NCBI RefSeq assembly: GCF_036588685.1 | Contig: NC_086386.1 | Location: forward strand, 21,452,001-21,516,000 | Reading direction: 5' to 3' | DNA from: Mytilus trossulus | Taxonomy: Eukaryota | DNA: 64,000 bases | Shown: positions 1 to 14,639 of the stretch, piece by piece | How the letters are laid out: each line of letters starts with the position of its first letter | How positions within the stretch are numbered: position 1 is the stretch's first letter | Position numbers and translations under genes: made by a program | Notes under the pieces: generated by a model | Database searches by the model: none | What the model saw: the letters and a program-made list of their open reading frames with translations, nothing else | Told to the model about the DNA's origin: nothing

Positions 1-2879
1 CCCACGTATAAAACAGACAACATCAACCACCAACACTACCATACCTACGTATACAACAGACAACACCAACCACCAACAGTACCATATCAATGTATACAAC
101 AGACAACATCAACCACCGACACTACCATACCCACTTATAAAACAGACAACATCAACCACCAACACTACCATACCTACGTATACAACAGACAACACCAACC
201 ACCAACAGTACCATATCAATGTATACAACAGACAACACCAACCACCAACACTACCATATCCATGTATACAACAGACAACATCAACCACCAACACTACCAT
301 ATCCACGTATACAACAGACAACATCAACCACCAACACTACCATATCCACTTAATACAACAGACAACACCAACCACCAACACTACCATATCCATATTTACA
401 ACAGACAACATCAACCACCAACACTACCATATCCATGTATACAACAGACAACACCAACCACCAACACTACCATATCCACTTATACAACAGACATCAACAA
501 CCAACACTACCATATCCACGTATACAACAGACAACATCAACCACCAACACTACCATACCCACGTATAAAACAGACAACATCAACCACCAACACTACCATA
601 CCTACGTATACAACAGACAACACCAACCACCAACAGTACCATATCAATGTATACAACAGACAACATCAACCACCAACACTACCATATCCATGTATACAAC
701 AGACAACATCAACCACCAACACTACCATATCCACGTATACAACAGACAACATCAACCACCAACACTACCATATCCACTTAATACAACAGACAACACCAAC
801 CACCAACACTACCATATCCATGTATACAACAGACAACATCAACCACCAACACTACCATATCCACTTAATACAACAGACAACACCAACCACCAACACTACC
901 ATATCCACTTAATACAACAGACAACATCAACCACCAGCACTAACATATCCATGTATACAACAGACAACATCAACCACCAACACTACCATATCCACGTATA
1001 CAACAGACAACATCAACCACCAACACTACCATATCCATGTATACAACAGACAACATCAACCACCAACACTACCATATCCATGTATACAACAGACAACATC
1101 AACCACCAACACTACCATATCCACGTATACAACAGACAACATCAACCACCAACACTACCATATCCACTTAATACAACAGACAACACCAACCACCAACACT
1201 ACCATATCCATGTATACAACAGACAACATCAACCACCAACACTACCATATCCATGTATACAACAGACAACATCAACCACCAGCACTACCATATCCATGTA
1301 TACAACAGACAACATCAACCACCAACACTACCATATCCACTTATACAACAGACAACATCAACCACCAACACTATTATACCCACTTATACAACAGACAACA
1401 TCAAACACCAACACTACCATACCCACTTATACAACAGACAATATCAAACACCAACACTACCATATCCACTTATACAACAGACATCAACCACCAACACCAC
1501 TATACTCACGTATACAACAGACAACATCAACCACCAACACTACCATATCCACTTATACAACAGACAATATCAAACACCAATACTACCATATCCACTTATA
1601 CAACAGACAACATCAACCACCAACACTATTATACCCACTTATACAACAGACAACATCAAACACCAACACTACCATACCCACTTATACAACAGACAATATC
1701 AAACACCAACACTACCATATCCACTTATACAACAGACATCAACCACCAACACCACTATACTCACGTATGCAACAGACAACATCAACCACCAACACTACCA
1801 TATCCACTTATACAACAGACAACATCAACCACCAACACTATCATATCCACTTATACAACAAACAACATCAACCACCAACACTACCATATCCACGTATACA
1901 ACAGACAACATCAAACACCAACACTACCATACCCATGTATACAACAGACAACATCAACCACCAACACTACCATATCCACTTAATACAACAGACAACATCA
2001 ACCACCAACACTTCCATACCCACGTTTATAACAGACAATATCAACCACCAACACTACCATATCCATGTATACAACAGACAACATCAACCACCAACACTAC
2101 CATATCCACTTAATACAACAGACAACATCAACCACCAACACTACCATACCCACGTTTACAACAGACAATATCAACCACCAAAACTACCATATCCACTTAA
2201 TACAACAGACAACATCAACCACCAACACTACCATACCCATGTATACAACAGACAACATCAACCACCAACACTATTATACCCACGTTTACAACAGACAATA
2301 TCAACCACCAACACTACCATATCCATGTATACAACAGACAACATAAACCACCAAGACTACCATATCCACGTTTACAACAGACATCAACCACCAATACTAC
2401 CATATCCACTTATACAACAGACAATATCAACCACCAACACTACCATACCCACGTTTACAACAGACAATATCAACCACCAACACTACCATATCCATGTATA
2501 TAACAGACAACATAAACCACCAAGACTACCATATCCACGTTTACAACAGACATCAACCACCAATACTACCATATCCACTTATACAACAGACAATATCAAC
2601 CACCAACACTACCATACCCACGTTTACAACAGACAATATCAACCACCAACACTACCATATCCATGTATACAACAGACAACATAAACCACCAACACTACCA
2701 TACCCACGTATACAACAGACAACATAAACCACCAACACTACCATATCCACGTATACAACAGACAACATAAACCACCAACACTACCATATCCACGTATACA
2801 ACAGACAACATAAACCACCAACACTACCATACCCACGTTTACAACAGACAATATCAACCACCAACACTACCATACCCAC
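1..2879. repeat. 43-bp minisatellite, subfamily A (consensus acagacaacatcaaccaccaacactaccatatccacgtataca), running off the left edge
   Basis: Directly visible tandem units with occasional 40-bp units. Internal higher-order periods of 129, 169 and 255 bp. Confidence 0.97.
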
Positions 2880-2995
2880 GGCGATGCTCACATACATTTT
2901 TGTAATCAACAAACCGCGTTAACCACCCAAGTCAGCATGCTCTCAGCTTATACATCAGACCAAATCCACCACAAACAATGGCATGCTCTTGTATA
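2880..2995. repeat. Degenerate (older) minisatellite units at the A/B boundary
   Basis: ttatacatcagaccaaatccaccacaaacaatggcatgctcttgtata aligns ungapped to the A consensus at 36/48 positions. Identical copy at 5769-5884. Confidence 0.75.
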
Positions 2996-5008
2996 AAACA
3001 ACAGACAGCATCAATCAACAACCCTGCCATACTTACGTCAACAACAGACAACATCAATCAACAACCCTACCATACTTACGTCAACAACAGACAACATCAA
3101 TCAACAACCTTACCATACATACGTCAACAACAGACAGCATCAATCAACAACCCTACCATACTTACATCAACAACAGACAACATCAATCAACAACCCTACC
3201 ATACTTACATCAACAACAGACAACATCAATCAACAACCCTACCATACATACGTCAACAACAGAACCCTACCATACTAACGTCAACAACAGACAACATCAA
3301 TCAACAACCCTACCATACTTACGTCAACAACAGACAGCATCAATCAACAACCCTACCATACTTACGTCAACAACAGACAACATCAATCAACAACCCTACC
3401 ATACTTACGTCAACAGCAGACAACATCAATCAACAACCCTACCATACTTACGTCAACAACAGACAACATCAATCAACAACCTAACCATACTTACGTCAAC
3501 AACAGAAAGCATCAATCAACAACCCTACCATACTTACATCAACAACAGACAACATCAATCAACAACCCTACCATACCTACGTCAACAACAGAAAGCATCA
3601 ATCAACAACCCTACCATACTTACATCAACAACAGACAACATCAATCAACAACCCTACCATACTTACGTCAACATTAGACAACATCAATCAACAACACTAC
3701 CATACTTACGTCAACAACAGACAACATCAATCAACAACCCTACCATACTTACGTCAACAACAGACAACATCAATCAACAACCCTACCATACTTACGTCAA
3801 CAACAGAAAGCATCAATCAACAACACTACCATACTTACATCAACAACAGACAACATCAATCAACAACCCTACCATACTTACGTCAACAACAGACAACATC
3901 AATCAACAACCCTACCATACCTACGTCAACAACAGAATGCATCAATCAACAACCCTTCCATACCTACATCAACAACATACAACATCAATCAACAACCCTA
4001 CCATACATACGTCAACAACAGACAACATCAATCAACAACACTACCATACTTACGTCAACAACAGACAACATCAATCAACAACCCTACCATACTTACGTCA
4101 ACAACAGACAACATCAATCAACAACACTACCATACTTACGTCAACAACAGAAAGCATCAATCAACAACCCTACCATACTTACGTCAACAACAGACAACAT
4201 CAATCAACAACCCTACCATACTTACGTCAACAACAGAAAGCATCAATCAACAACCCTACCATACTTACATCAACAACAGACAACATCAATCAACAACCCT
4301 ACCATACTTACTTCAACAACAGACAACATCAATCAACAACACTACCATACTTACGTCAACAACAGACAACATCAATCAACAACCCTACCATACTTACGTC
4401 AACAACAGACAACATCAATCAACAACACTACCATACTTACGTCAACAACAGAAAGCATCAATCAACAACCCTACCATACTTACGTCAACAACAGACAACA
4501 TCAATCAACAACCCTACCATACTTACGTCAACAACAGAAAGCATCAATCAACAACCCTACCATACTTACATCAACAACAGACAACATCAATCAACAACCC
4601 TACCATACCTTCGTCAACAGCAGACAACATCAATCAACAACCCTACCATACTTACGTCAACAACAGACAGCATCAATCAACAACCCTACCATACTTACGT
4701 CAACAACAGACAACATCAATCAACAACCCTGCCATACTTACGTCAACAGCAGACAACATCAATCAACAACCCTACCATACTTAGGTCAACAACAGACAAC
4801 ATCAATCAACAACCCTACCTTACTTACGTCAACAACAGACAGCATCAATCAACAACCCTACCATACTTACGTCAACAACAGACAACATCAATCAACAACC
4901 TTACCATACTTACGTCAACAACAGAAAGCATCAATCAACAACCCTACCATACTTACATCAACAACAGACAACATCAATCAACAACCCTACCATACCTACG
5001 TCAACAGC
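2996..5008. repeat. 43-bp minisatellite, subfamily B (consensus acagacaacatcaatcaacaaccctaccatacttacgtcaaca)
   Basis: Tandem units; consensus differs from subfamily A at 8 of 43 positions. Confidence 0.97.
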
Positions 5009-5768
5009 AGACAACATCAACCACCAACACTACCATACCCACGTTTACAACAGACAATATCAACCACCAAAACTACCATATCCACTTAATACAACAGACA
5101 ACATCAACCACCAACACTACCATACCCATGTATACAACAGACAACATCAACCACCAACACTATTATACCCACGTTTACAACAGACAATATCAACCACCAA
5201 CACTACCATATCCATGTATACAACAGACAACATAAACCACCAAGACTACCATATCCACGTTTACAACAGACATCAACCACCAATACTACCATATCCACTT
5301 ATACAACAGACAATATCAACCACCAACACTACCATACCCACGTTTACAACAGACAATATCAACCACCAACACTACCATATCCATGTATATAACAGACAAC
5401 ATAAACCACCAAGACTACCATATCCACGTTTACAACAGACATCAACCACCAATACTACCATATCCACTTATACAACAGACAATATCAACCACCAACACTA
5501 CCATACCCACGTTTACAACAGACAATATCAACCACCAACACTACCATATCCATGTATACAACAGACAACATAAACCACCAACACTACCATACCCACGTAT
5601 ACAACAGACAACATAAACCACCAACACTACCATATCCACGTATACAACAGACAACATAAACCACCAACACTACCATATCCACGTATACAACAGACAACAT
5701 AAACCACCAACACTACCATACCCACGTTTACAACAGACAATATCAACCACCAACACTACCATACCCAC
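5009..5768. repeat. 43-bp minisatellite, subfamily A (second block, copy of ~2120-2879)
   Basis: Unit-by-unit variants match 2120-2879 at offset 2889. Confidence 0.95.
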
Positions 5769-5884
5769 GGCGATGCTCACATACATTTTTGTAATCAACA
5801 AACCGCGTTAACCACCCAAGTCAGCATGCTCTCAGCTTATACATCAGACCAAATCCACCACAAACAATGGCATGCTCTTGTATA

Positions 5885-8800
5885 AAACAACAGACAGCAT
5901 CAATCAACAACCCTGCCATACTTACGTCAACAACAGACAACATCAATCAACAACCCTACCATACTTACGTCAACAACAGACAACATCAATCAACAACCTT
6001 ACCATACATACGTCAACAACAGACAGCATCAATCAACAACCCTACCATACTTACATCAACAACAGACAACATCAATCAACAACCCTACCATACTTACATC
6101 AACAACAGACAACATCAATCAACAACCCTACCATACATACGTCAACAACAGAACCCTACCATACTAACGTCAACAACAGACAACATCAATCAACAACCCT
6201 ACCATACTTACGTCAACAACAGACAGCATCAATCAACAACCCTACCATACTTACGTCAACAACAGACAACATCAATCAACAACCCTACCATACTTACGTC
6301 AACAGCAGACAACATCAATCAACAACCCTACCATACTTACGTCAACAACAGACAACATCAATCAACAACCTAACCATACTTACGTCAACAACAGAAAGCA
6401 TCAATCAACAACCCTACCATACTTACATCAACAACAGACAACATCAATCAACAACCCTACCATACCTACGTCAACAACAGAAAGCATCAATCAACAACCC
6501 TACCATACTTACATCAACAACAGACAACATCAATCAACAACCCTACCATACTTACGTCAACATTAGACAACATCAATCAACAACACTACCATACTTACGT
6601 CAACAACAGACAACATCAATCAACAACCCTACCATACTTACGTCAACAACAGACAACATCAATCAACAACCCTACCATACTTACGTCAACAACAGAAAGC
6701 ATCAATCAACAACACTACCATACTTACATCAACAACAGACAACATCAATCAACAACCCTACCATACTTACGTCAACAACAGACAACATCAATCAACAACC
6801 CTACCATACCTACGTCAACAACAGAATGCATCAATCAACAACCCTTCCATACCTACATCAACAACAGACAACATCAATCAACAACCCTACCATACATACG
6901 TCAACAACAGACAACATCAATCAACAACACTACCATACTTACGTCAACAACAGACAACATCAATCAACAACCCTACCATACTTACGTCAACAACAGACAA
7001 CATCAATCAACAACACTACCATACTTACGTCAACAACAGAAAGCATCAATCAACAACCCTACCATACTTACGTCAACAACAGACAACATCAATCAACAAC
7101 CCTACCATACTTACGTCAACAACAGAAAGCATCAATCAACAACCCTACCATACTTACATCAACAACAGACAACATCAATCAACAACCCTACCATACTTAC
7201 GTCAACAACAGACAACATCAATCAACAACACTACCATACTTACGTCAACAACAGACAACATCAATCAACAACCCTACCATACTTACGTCAACAACAGACA
7301 ACATCAATCAACAACACTACCATACTTACGTCAACAACAGAAAGCATCAATCAACAACCCTACCATACTTACGTCAACAACAGACAACATCAATCAACAA
7401 CCCTACCATACTTACGTCAACAACAGAAAGCATCAATCAACAACCCTACCATACTTACATCAACAACAGACAACATCAATCAACAACCCTACCATACCTT
7501 CGTCAACAGCAGACAACATCAATCAACAACCCTACCATACTTACGTCAACAACAGACAGCATCAATCAACAACCCTACCATACTTACGTCAACAACAGAC
7601 AACATCAATCAACAACTCTGCCATACTTACGTCAACAGCAGACAACATCAATCAACAACCCTACCATACTTAGGTCAACAACAGACAACATCAATCAACA
7701 ACCCTACCTTACTTACGTCAACAACAGACAGCATCAATCAACAACCCTACCATACTTACGTCAACAACAGACAACATCAATCAACAACCTTACCATACTT
7801 ACGTCAACAACAGAAAGCATCAATCAACAACCCTACCATACTTACATCAACAACAGACAACATCAATCAACAACCCTACCATACCTACGTCAACAGCAGA
7901 CAACATCAATCAACAACCCTACCATACTTACGTCAACAACAGACAGCATCAATCAACAACCCTACCATACTTACGTCAACAACAGACAACATCAATCAAC
8001 AACCCTGCCATACTTACGTCAACAGCAGACAACATCAATCAACAACCCTACCATACTTACGTCAACAACAGACAACATCAATCAACAACCCTACCATACT
8101 TACGTCAACAACAGACAGCATCAATAAACAACCCTACCATACTTACGTCAACAACAGACAACATCAATCAACAACCTTACCATACTTACGTCAACAACAG
8201 ACAACATCAATCAACAACCCTACCATACTTACGTCAACAACAGACAACATCAATCAACAACCCTACCGTACTTACGTCAACAACAGACAACATCAATCAA
8301 CAACCCTGCATACTTACGTCAACAGCAGACAACATCAATCAACAACCCTACCATACTTACGTCAACAACAGACAACATCAATCAACAACCCTACCATACT
8401 TACGTCAACAACAGAAAGCATCAATCAACAACACTACCATACTTACGTCAACAACAGACAACATCAATCAACAACCCTACCATACTTACGTCAACAACAG
8501 ACAACATCAATCAACAACCTTACCATACTTACGTCAACAACAGACAGCATCAATCAACAACCCTACCATACTTACGTCAACAACAGACAACATCAATCAA
8601 CAACCCTACCATACTTACGTCAACAACAGACAGCATCAATCAACAACCCTACCATACTTACGTCAACAACAGACAGCATCAATCACCAACCCTACCATAC
8701 TTACGTCAACAACAGACAACATCAATCACCAACCCTACCATACTTACGTCAACAACAGACAACATCAATCACCAACCCTACCATACTTACGTCAACAACA

Positions 8801-8960
8801 GACAACATCAATCAACAACCCTACCATACTTACGTCAACAACAGACAACATCAATCAACAACCCTACCATACTTACGTCAACAACAGACAACATCAATCA
8901 CCAACCCTACCATACTTACGTCAACAACAGACAACATCAATCATCAAGTTGAACCCTACA
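5885..8960. repeat. 43-bp minisatellite, subfamily B (second block)
   Basis: 5885-7897 copies 2996-5008; the array then continues and decays at ~8945-8980. Confidence 0.96.
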
Positions 8961-11900
8961 ATACATGTACTCACGTTTACTAAAAATCTGAAGAATTGGC
9001 GACATTTTTATACAAGATTTGCTAACATCACCCTAAGACAGCCTCGAGATGAGGTCTAAGTTAGGTATGAAGATATGTCTTATGTGAGATCATAGAAAAA
9101 TTTCGCGATACCATACCCGAATTTTACAAACTTTCTGATTCAATCATTAGCTAAATTCGTGAATAAATCAAATCATCCGTTTTTTAAATCGGTTTCTTGT
9201 TGATTTCATCTTCAAGTGTGTATTCGACCATGATCGTTTTAGACTACCATTCAAATGAACCTGTATTTACTTATTCAATAATTTGGTTTATTCACAGTTA
9301 CCGTATATTGAATTTATATAGATTTTGAATAAAAGAAATTTCCGATATCAAGTTCAGTCAATGCAATAAGATTTTGTTTTGCTTATTTATTGTGTTGCCA
9401 GAGGTTGAACTTTTACGTGACCATTCAGTGGAATGAAATCTTTGATAACTAAATCGGTTCTTTATCGCAGTTACAAGTAATTATTTCTCAAAGATATTTT
9501 AGAGTAATAAAAAAAATTGAAGAACTGGAAATAACAATGCTGCTGGCCATGGTGGATTGATTGATTGTTCATTAACGCTCAGTTGCAAATACCTCATGTA
9601 AATTCTTGAGGAGAATTAAAAATCAAATGAACTGGTTCTACAGTGTGTATATAGGATGGAATGCTAAACTATATAACTGCCACTAGGAAAAGAGGTTATT
9701 TTCTATTAGAGACAGAGATTAAGTCTTGTAGCAGGCTTCCCGCGAATCCTTCGAATTTCAATTATTCCTTCTGGAGCAATCGTGACACATGATCCCTTAC
9801 ACCACGAGACAGCTATTGTGATACCTTAATTCGGTTCCATCAATTCATATAACCAGTATTCTTATGAAATAAAATCGTTTGAACACTTCATGTCGTCATT
9901 TAGAGTAATTTGTTCTTAGTGTTAATGTTTATGGGGTCTTTCTTTCAGTAATTTCGGTTTTCGTTGCTTACTGGTCACAATTAAACGGTTCTATAAAGTA
10001 GACCAGGTTTGTCATATAAAACATTCCGCGTAGTCATTCTATGTGTTAATTTGATTTTGCAAGTAGACAGAAAGCAATACATATATTGTTCCAAAAAATG
10101 ACATACAATGTACACCTTTGTTTAAATTCATAAGTCTTCTTAAGTTTTAAACACTCAGATGAAATACAATTGAAAATAGCATAGATTTTGATTTATTTTT
10201 ATATTATCAACAATCTTATACTTTTATTAAATAAATATGAATAAATCTAACAGTAAAAATACAAATTGTAAGTAATGTTAGTATTTAGTTTCTAGCAATC
10301 TGCCTATTTTTGTCAATTATGAATGACAAATTGAAATGGTATTGTGTAAGAATAGTAAGCTTTATATTACTGCAATAAAGATATGAAGTAATTGTTCAAT
10401 TGTCCTTAATATGATACTTTCAAATCAATATTTTCCAAAGTTATGAATGCTGCATTACACTTAATATTTTAGTTGACACCACCGTGGTCTTTACGTGGGT
10501 TTAAATAAACGTCTGTACTTATAAACTAATTACAAATTAAATGCTGAAAAGGGAAATTTTAATAATATTCTTTTATCTGAAGTCAATACAATATCGATGT
10601 TTAAAACTTTTAAAAGTGTTTTGAACCTCTTTATATAATGGTCACACGTCCGGGTGATTTTCTTTTATTTTATCGTATTTTGGCAATCATTTCTAATACT
10701 GAAATGACAAAGCTTGAAAGGAAATCAAAAACCATATAAACATATGAAATATTAAATGAAATGAGCCATTTTCTATAACGCTTTTTAAATGCATTATTTA
10801 ATTTATGAAAGGGGTACATGAACTTTTAAGCGACAAGTATTTAAAAAGGGGGATAAGTATCGCAATATATTTAGATCTGAATTCGGGTTACAATGTGAGG
10901 GATACGGTTTACGTCAGAAAGACGTCGTACGATTAAGCTTTTTCATCGTGTCAGATATGCAGTTGCTTTCAAGAACGAATTGTGCATGATAACTAGGTCA
11001 TTATGTAATTTCCTTTAATTGTTAGAATGACTTTGTTATGTTTCATATTAGACTTAAATGGGGTCGACTAGTCTGATTTTATAATAGTTCTCTTAAGGAC
11101 AAACTTGTACGAAGAATATGGTCCGACTCAAATTTAGCCATGTAGAAAATTATGAAAAATAAGATGCACATAAAATATTTAGTTGAATTTAAAACCACAG
11201 CAAATTATATGCTTGTGCATAATAATAAAAAGAATACTTCTTGTTTATATAATAAGGAGACAAATTGTTTAATTAATATAAACTAATCAAAAGAAAGAAT
11301 AATTACTTGCTCTATGACAGCAAACAAGAGAAAAGAAGCCATATATAACAGACAGCAACCAAAGACAACCACTGAATTATACACAATGTTTAATGTACAT
11401 GTAGCATTCGTCACACAGCAGTTTTGTTGTCAGATTTAAGGATTGAATTACAATGTACCTAATAAAAATTAAACATTTTTTTTATACATGTACATGATGG
11501 CACATGATATTTATAAATGTAATAAAGTTTTAATATGATATTCATTGCATATAAAAAGTACTAAATCAAGTTCTGCATTTTATAGTTCAAGACATTATAT
11601 ATAAAGCTGTGGTCACATCTTACTGGAAAGCACGAACGGACGACTAACGTATGAGAAAAAAAAGTTTTCCGTTGACAAAATTGTTATCCGTTGGGAGTCC
11701 GTTAAGTACTGACCAAATAAAACGGACACGCACATGATATGTAACGTACGAGAAACGGAAACGTACCGGACAGAACGGACGAGTACCGCATAAAACGGAC
11801 ACCTAACGGAAATGTACCGGATAAAACGGATTAACAAAATATTAAAAAGTTTATGGCGAAATTAATAATACATGTAAATCGCATAAATATTCAAAAAGTT

Positions 11901-13184
11901 TCCGTGTTACTGCTTTTGGTTTGTTCTTCAAAATGCCACCAAAGGGAAGTGTATGACCTGAATAAGAGCTGCTTAATAATGAAGACGTGGTCTTACTCTA
12001 AGATCTATTATCTATAATAAGCATTCATGACACTCAAGAAATCTGACAAACCTATAATTGGCATTTCTGACGCGAAATTTTCAATTGGCATTTATCCGTT
12101 GCAGATCCGTACGGTATTCGATCTAATACAATCTATTACATAATGTGAAACACCAAAATGTCCGTCTAATAACGTGTAATATGTGTAATATATTATACAT
12201 GTCAGGGACTATTTATCGTTTTCATCGAGTAGGTGAAATTATTAAAAACTAAAAGAGTTTTAAGGGACACTTCACAAAGAACACCTGTCATGAGCAATTA
12301 TAGTTAAGTAATGCATATTTTAATTCTTTTGAATGAATTTAAAGTGCTTCTGTATTGCCATATCAAATGCATGCCTGGTGGTATTATTCAGGACACTAAT
12401 TCACGTCGTTAGCAAAATGAAATCCACAAGTTATCTTTCTTTTGTGCAACCATAAAAAAAATATTGAAATACTGATCCCCATGAATCGTGACAACTGATA
12501 TATTCTCTATATATCCAATGGTTTGCCAGTATTTGGTGACCTATATAGGGTATTATACAATATGTATGTTACATAATATGTAAGTTTGCGTTGAAAATTA
12601 AAATCAGACGATTAGATTAACAGGCTCATCGTTGTTTGCATAAGATAACTTGAAGCCTCGTTTATATTTGGTTTCTGGTGAATATTTTCAAAATAATAAT
12701 ATATTGTACCACATGTTCATAATGTGATTTTATATACATGTACATGTATATATATGAATTCATTTAGTTAATGCTGTAGGTACATTGAACATGTACACGT
12801 ATCAAATCCTTACAGTTACCAATATGTCTAGTGTTTTATGTGTAAACTAAGGTGCTTTAGTATAACAAATATTCATGTAATGCGTTTTTTTTAGACAGTG
12901 GCCATGAAAAGTCTTAATTGATTTAATAGGTACTCATTTCATTCTGGTACAATGTAGACATATGAACCTTTTTTCTTTCAAGCGAAGTATATTGAGCAAA
13001 TTAACCATATACGCAGACTTGTATGTCAAAGGACACTTGTAATTGCACTTTCAAGATACATTGTATGTATATATCTAATGTTATTAAGAACAAAGTGTTA
13101 AACGCTCTTTACATGAAATATAAATTCAATGCTTTGCAAAATCTAATTGACTTAAGTATTTAAGTAATAAAAATGTTGATAAAA

Positions 13185-13665
13185 GAGGGTTGGTATCCCG
13201 CTAACATGTTTAGCCCCCATCCCCCACATTCTGTATGTGTCTGTCCTAAGTCAGGCGTCTGTATTTCAGTGGTTGTCATTTGCTGTTGTGCTACATATTG
13301 TTTTCGTTCATTATTCGTTATTTCGGGGTCTTCTATAGCTGACTTTACGATATGGGTTTTGTTCTTTATTGAAGGTCGCACGGTGACTTAAAGTTTTTAA
13401 TTTCAGTATCAGTCGGTCTCTGGTAAAGAGTTGTCTCATTGGCAATCACATCATATAAATTTTTTTTCAACTGAAATCCAACAAGTATTATTCTAAATTT
13501 CAATGATTCATGATAGATAATAAACGTGAATATTTTTATTGTGTTCAGTAAATCATTATGGGTCTTGATTTTAAGCTCTACAAATCTGTTTTGTTTGCAC
13601 TCCTGATGGTGTAACAAACTCAGGAGAGTTGTCTCATTGGCACTCACACCACATCTTCCTATATC
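13185..13665. repeat. Fragments of abundant interspersed repeats (tgtcctaagtcagg family and gagttgtctcattggca family)
   Basis: Same motifs recur at 17380-17520, 26935-26980, 34405-34816 and 41920-41998. Class not determined. Confidence 0.65.
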
Positions 13666-13865
13666 TATCAACACATTTTTATTGTTCTTTCAATTTTTTT
13701 ACAACAATATCAAACATGTATTTGCATTTTCTCATTGAATTTGTTTTAAACAAAATTCCATAGTGATTATCAATGAAACGTAAAGTTAGTTACTCTCTTT
13801 AGCTCAGGGGTTTAAACAAAAGTATATAGTTGCACTTAACTTATAACGCACTGTGAATAGACGGA

Positions 13866-14417
13866 GATGTGCACTTTACGCTAAATAGTGTCCCATATAT
13901 GCTCAATATGGTTCAAATTCGGGCTACGATTGGGCCGAGGAAGATAAACCGAATTCCATTGGAACAATGGATCTTCCTCCACGACGCTTATTTCCAACTT
14001 TGGCGAGCTCTGCACTATATTGGATACAAGCATCTGTGTGTCTGTTCGTAGGCAAAGGTCCTCGAAATTGTATTATCGCACGTTAACCAGTAGCGATGAG
14101 CCGATCTCGAACAGTTCTTGTTTAAAGGCTCCTGTATGGCAATCTTTCCCTTTTTAAGATTGTATTGTTTGCAATGGGTTTCCTTCTGACCAACCTTTAT
14201 TATGCTTTACTTTCCCTATCAGATGTTAAAGGGGGTCTTCCTGACCTTGGAAGGTCTTCAACATCGTTTCTTGCCTGATTTTTTTTCTAAAAACGACTAA
14301 AAGTGGAATGGTGATGATCAACAATACGTGCAATTATCACAGCGACATACATGTACCTGGTTCCCTTATGCTGGCTATCTGCCATCTTGCTGCAGTTATG
14401 AGTTGTGGATGACCAAT
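13866..14417 (-). mobile_element. Decayed, internally deleted Tc1/mariner transposase
   Basis: Minus-strand translation across stops and frameshifts gives IARIVDHHHSTFSR, DLPRSGRPPLTSDRE (GRP linker), RTVRDRL, SWRKIHCSNGIRF (degenerate FSDESRF) and RSPNLNHIEHIWD (SPDLNPIE motif). Confidence 0.88.
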
Positions 14418-14639
14418 TACAAGGTGTCAATAACATAAATTTATAAACTTGGTTATTTTAAGTGTTGAAAACAATGAGGATAAACACATCTGTTTTAGTG
14501 TTTACGAGTACAGTACCTGCATGTGCAGATAAGAACTGATATCGTCGATATTTATTAATTAAATTCAGGTGATATTTATATAAAAACTAGTTCTATTTCA
14601 ACAAATTATTCAACAAAAAAATAAAAATTTTAAACCTGG

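Noticed and set aside
2880-2987. Apparent 108-nt minus-strand exon with in-frame TGA after Cys (RAC*LGW), suggesting selenocysteine
   Set aside because: The segment aligns to degenerate minisatellite units, the donor is repeat-derived, and no selenoprotein motif or SECIS was recognised.
262-8127. Long ORFs (up to 751 aa) rich in T/Q/N/H/Y/P
   Set aside because: Artefact of a G-poor 43-bp repeat. The unit is not a multiple of 3, so all frames give the same 43-aa cycle; there is no unique domain or signal.
1-8960. CRISPR-like array or telomeric repeat
   Set aside because: Units are contiguous with no unique spacers, there are no cas genes, the context is eukaryotic, and there are no TTAGGG tracts.
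8975-9005. Minus-strand ATG...C|GTGAGT mini first exon (MSPILQIFSK)
   Set aside because: The donor falls in the decaying edge of the repeat, and no downstream exon could be linked.
10760-11000. Possible DIRS-type RT remnant (KGISIAIYLD)
   Set aside because: One short motif only; surrounding frames are too degenerate to support the call.
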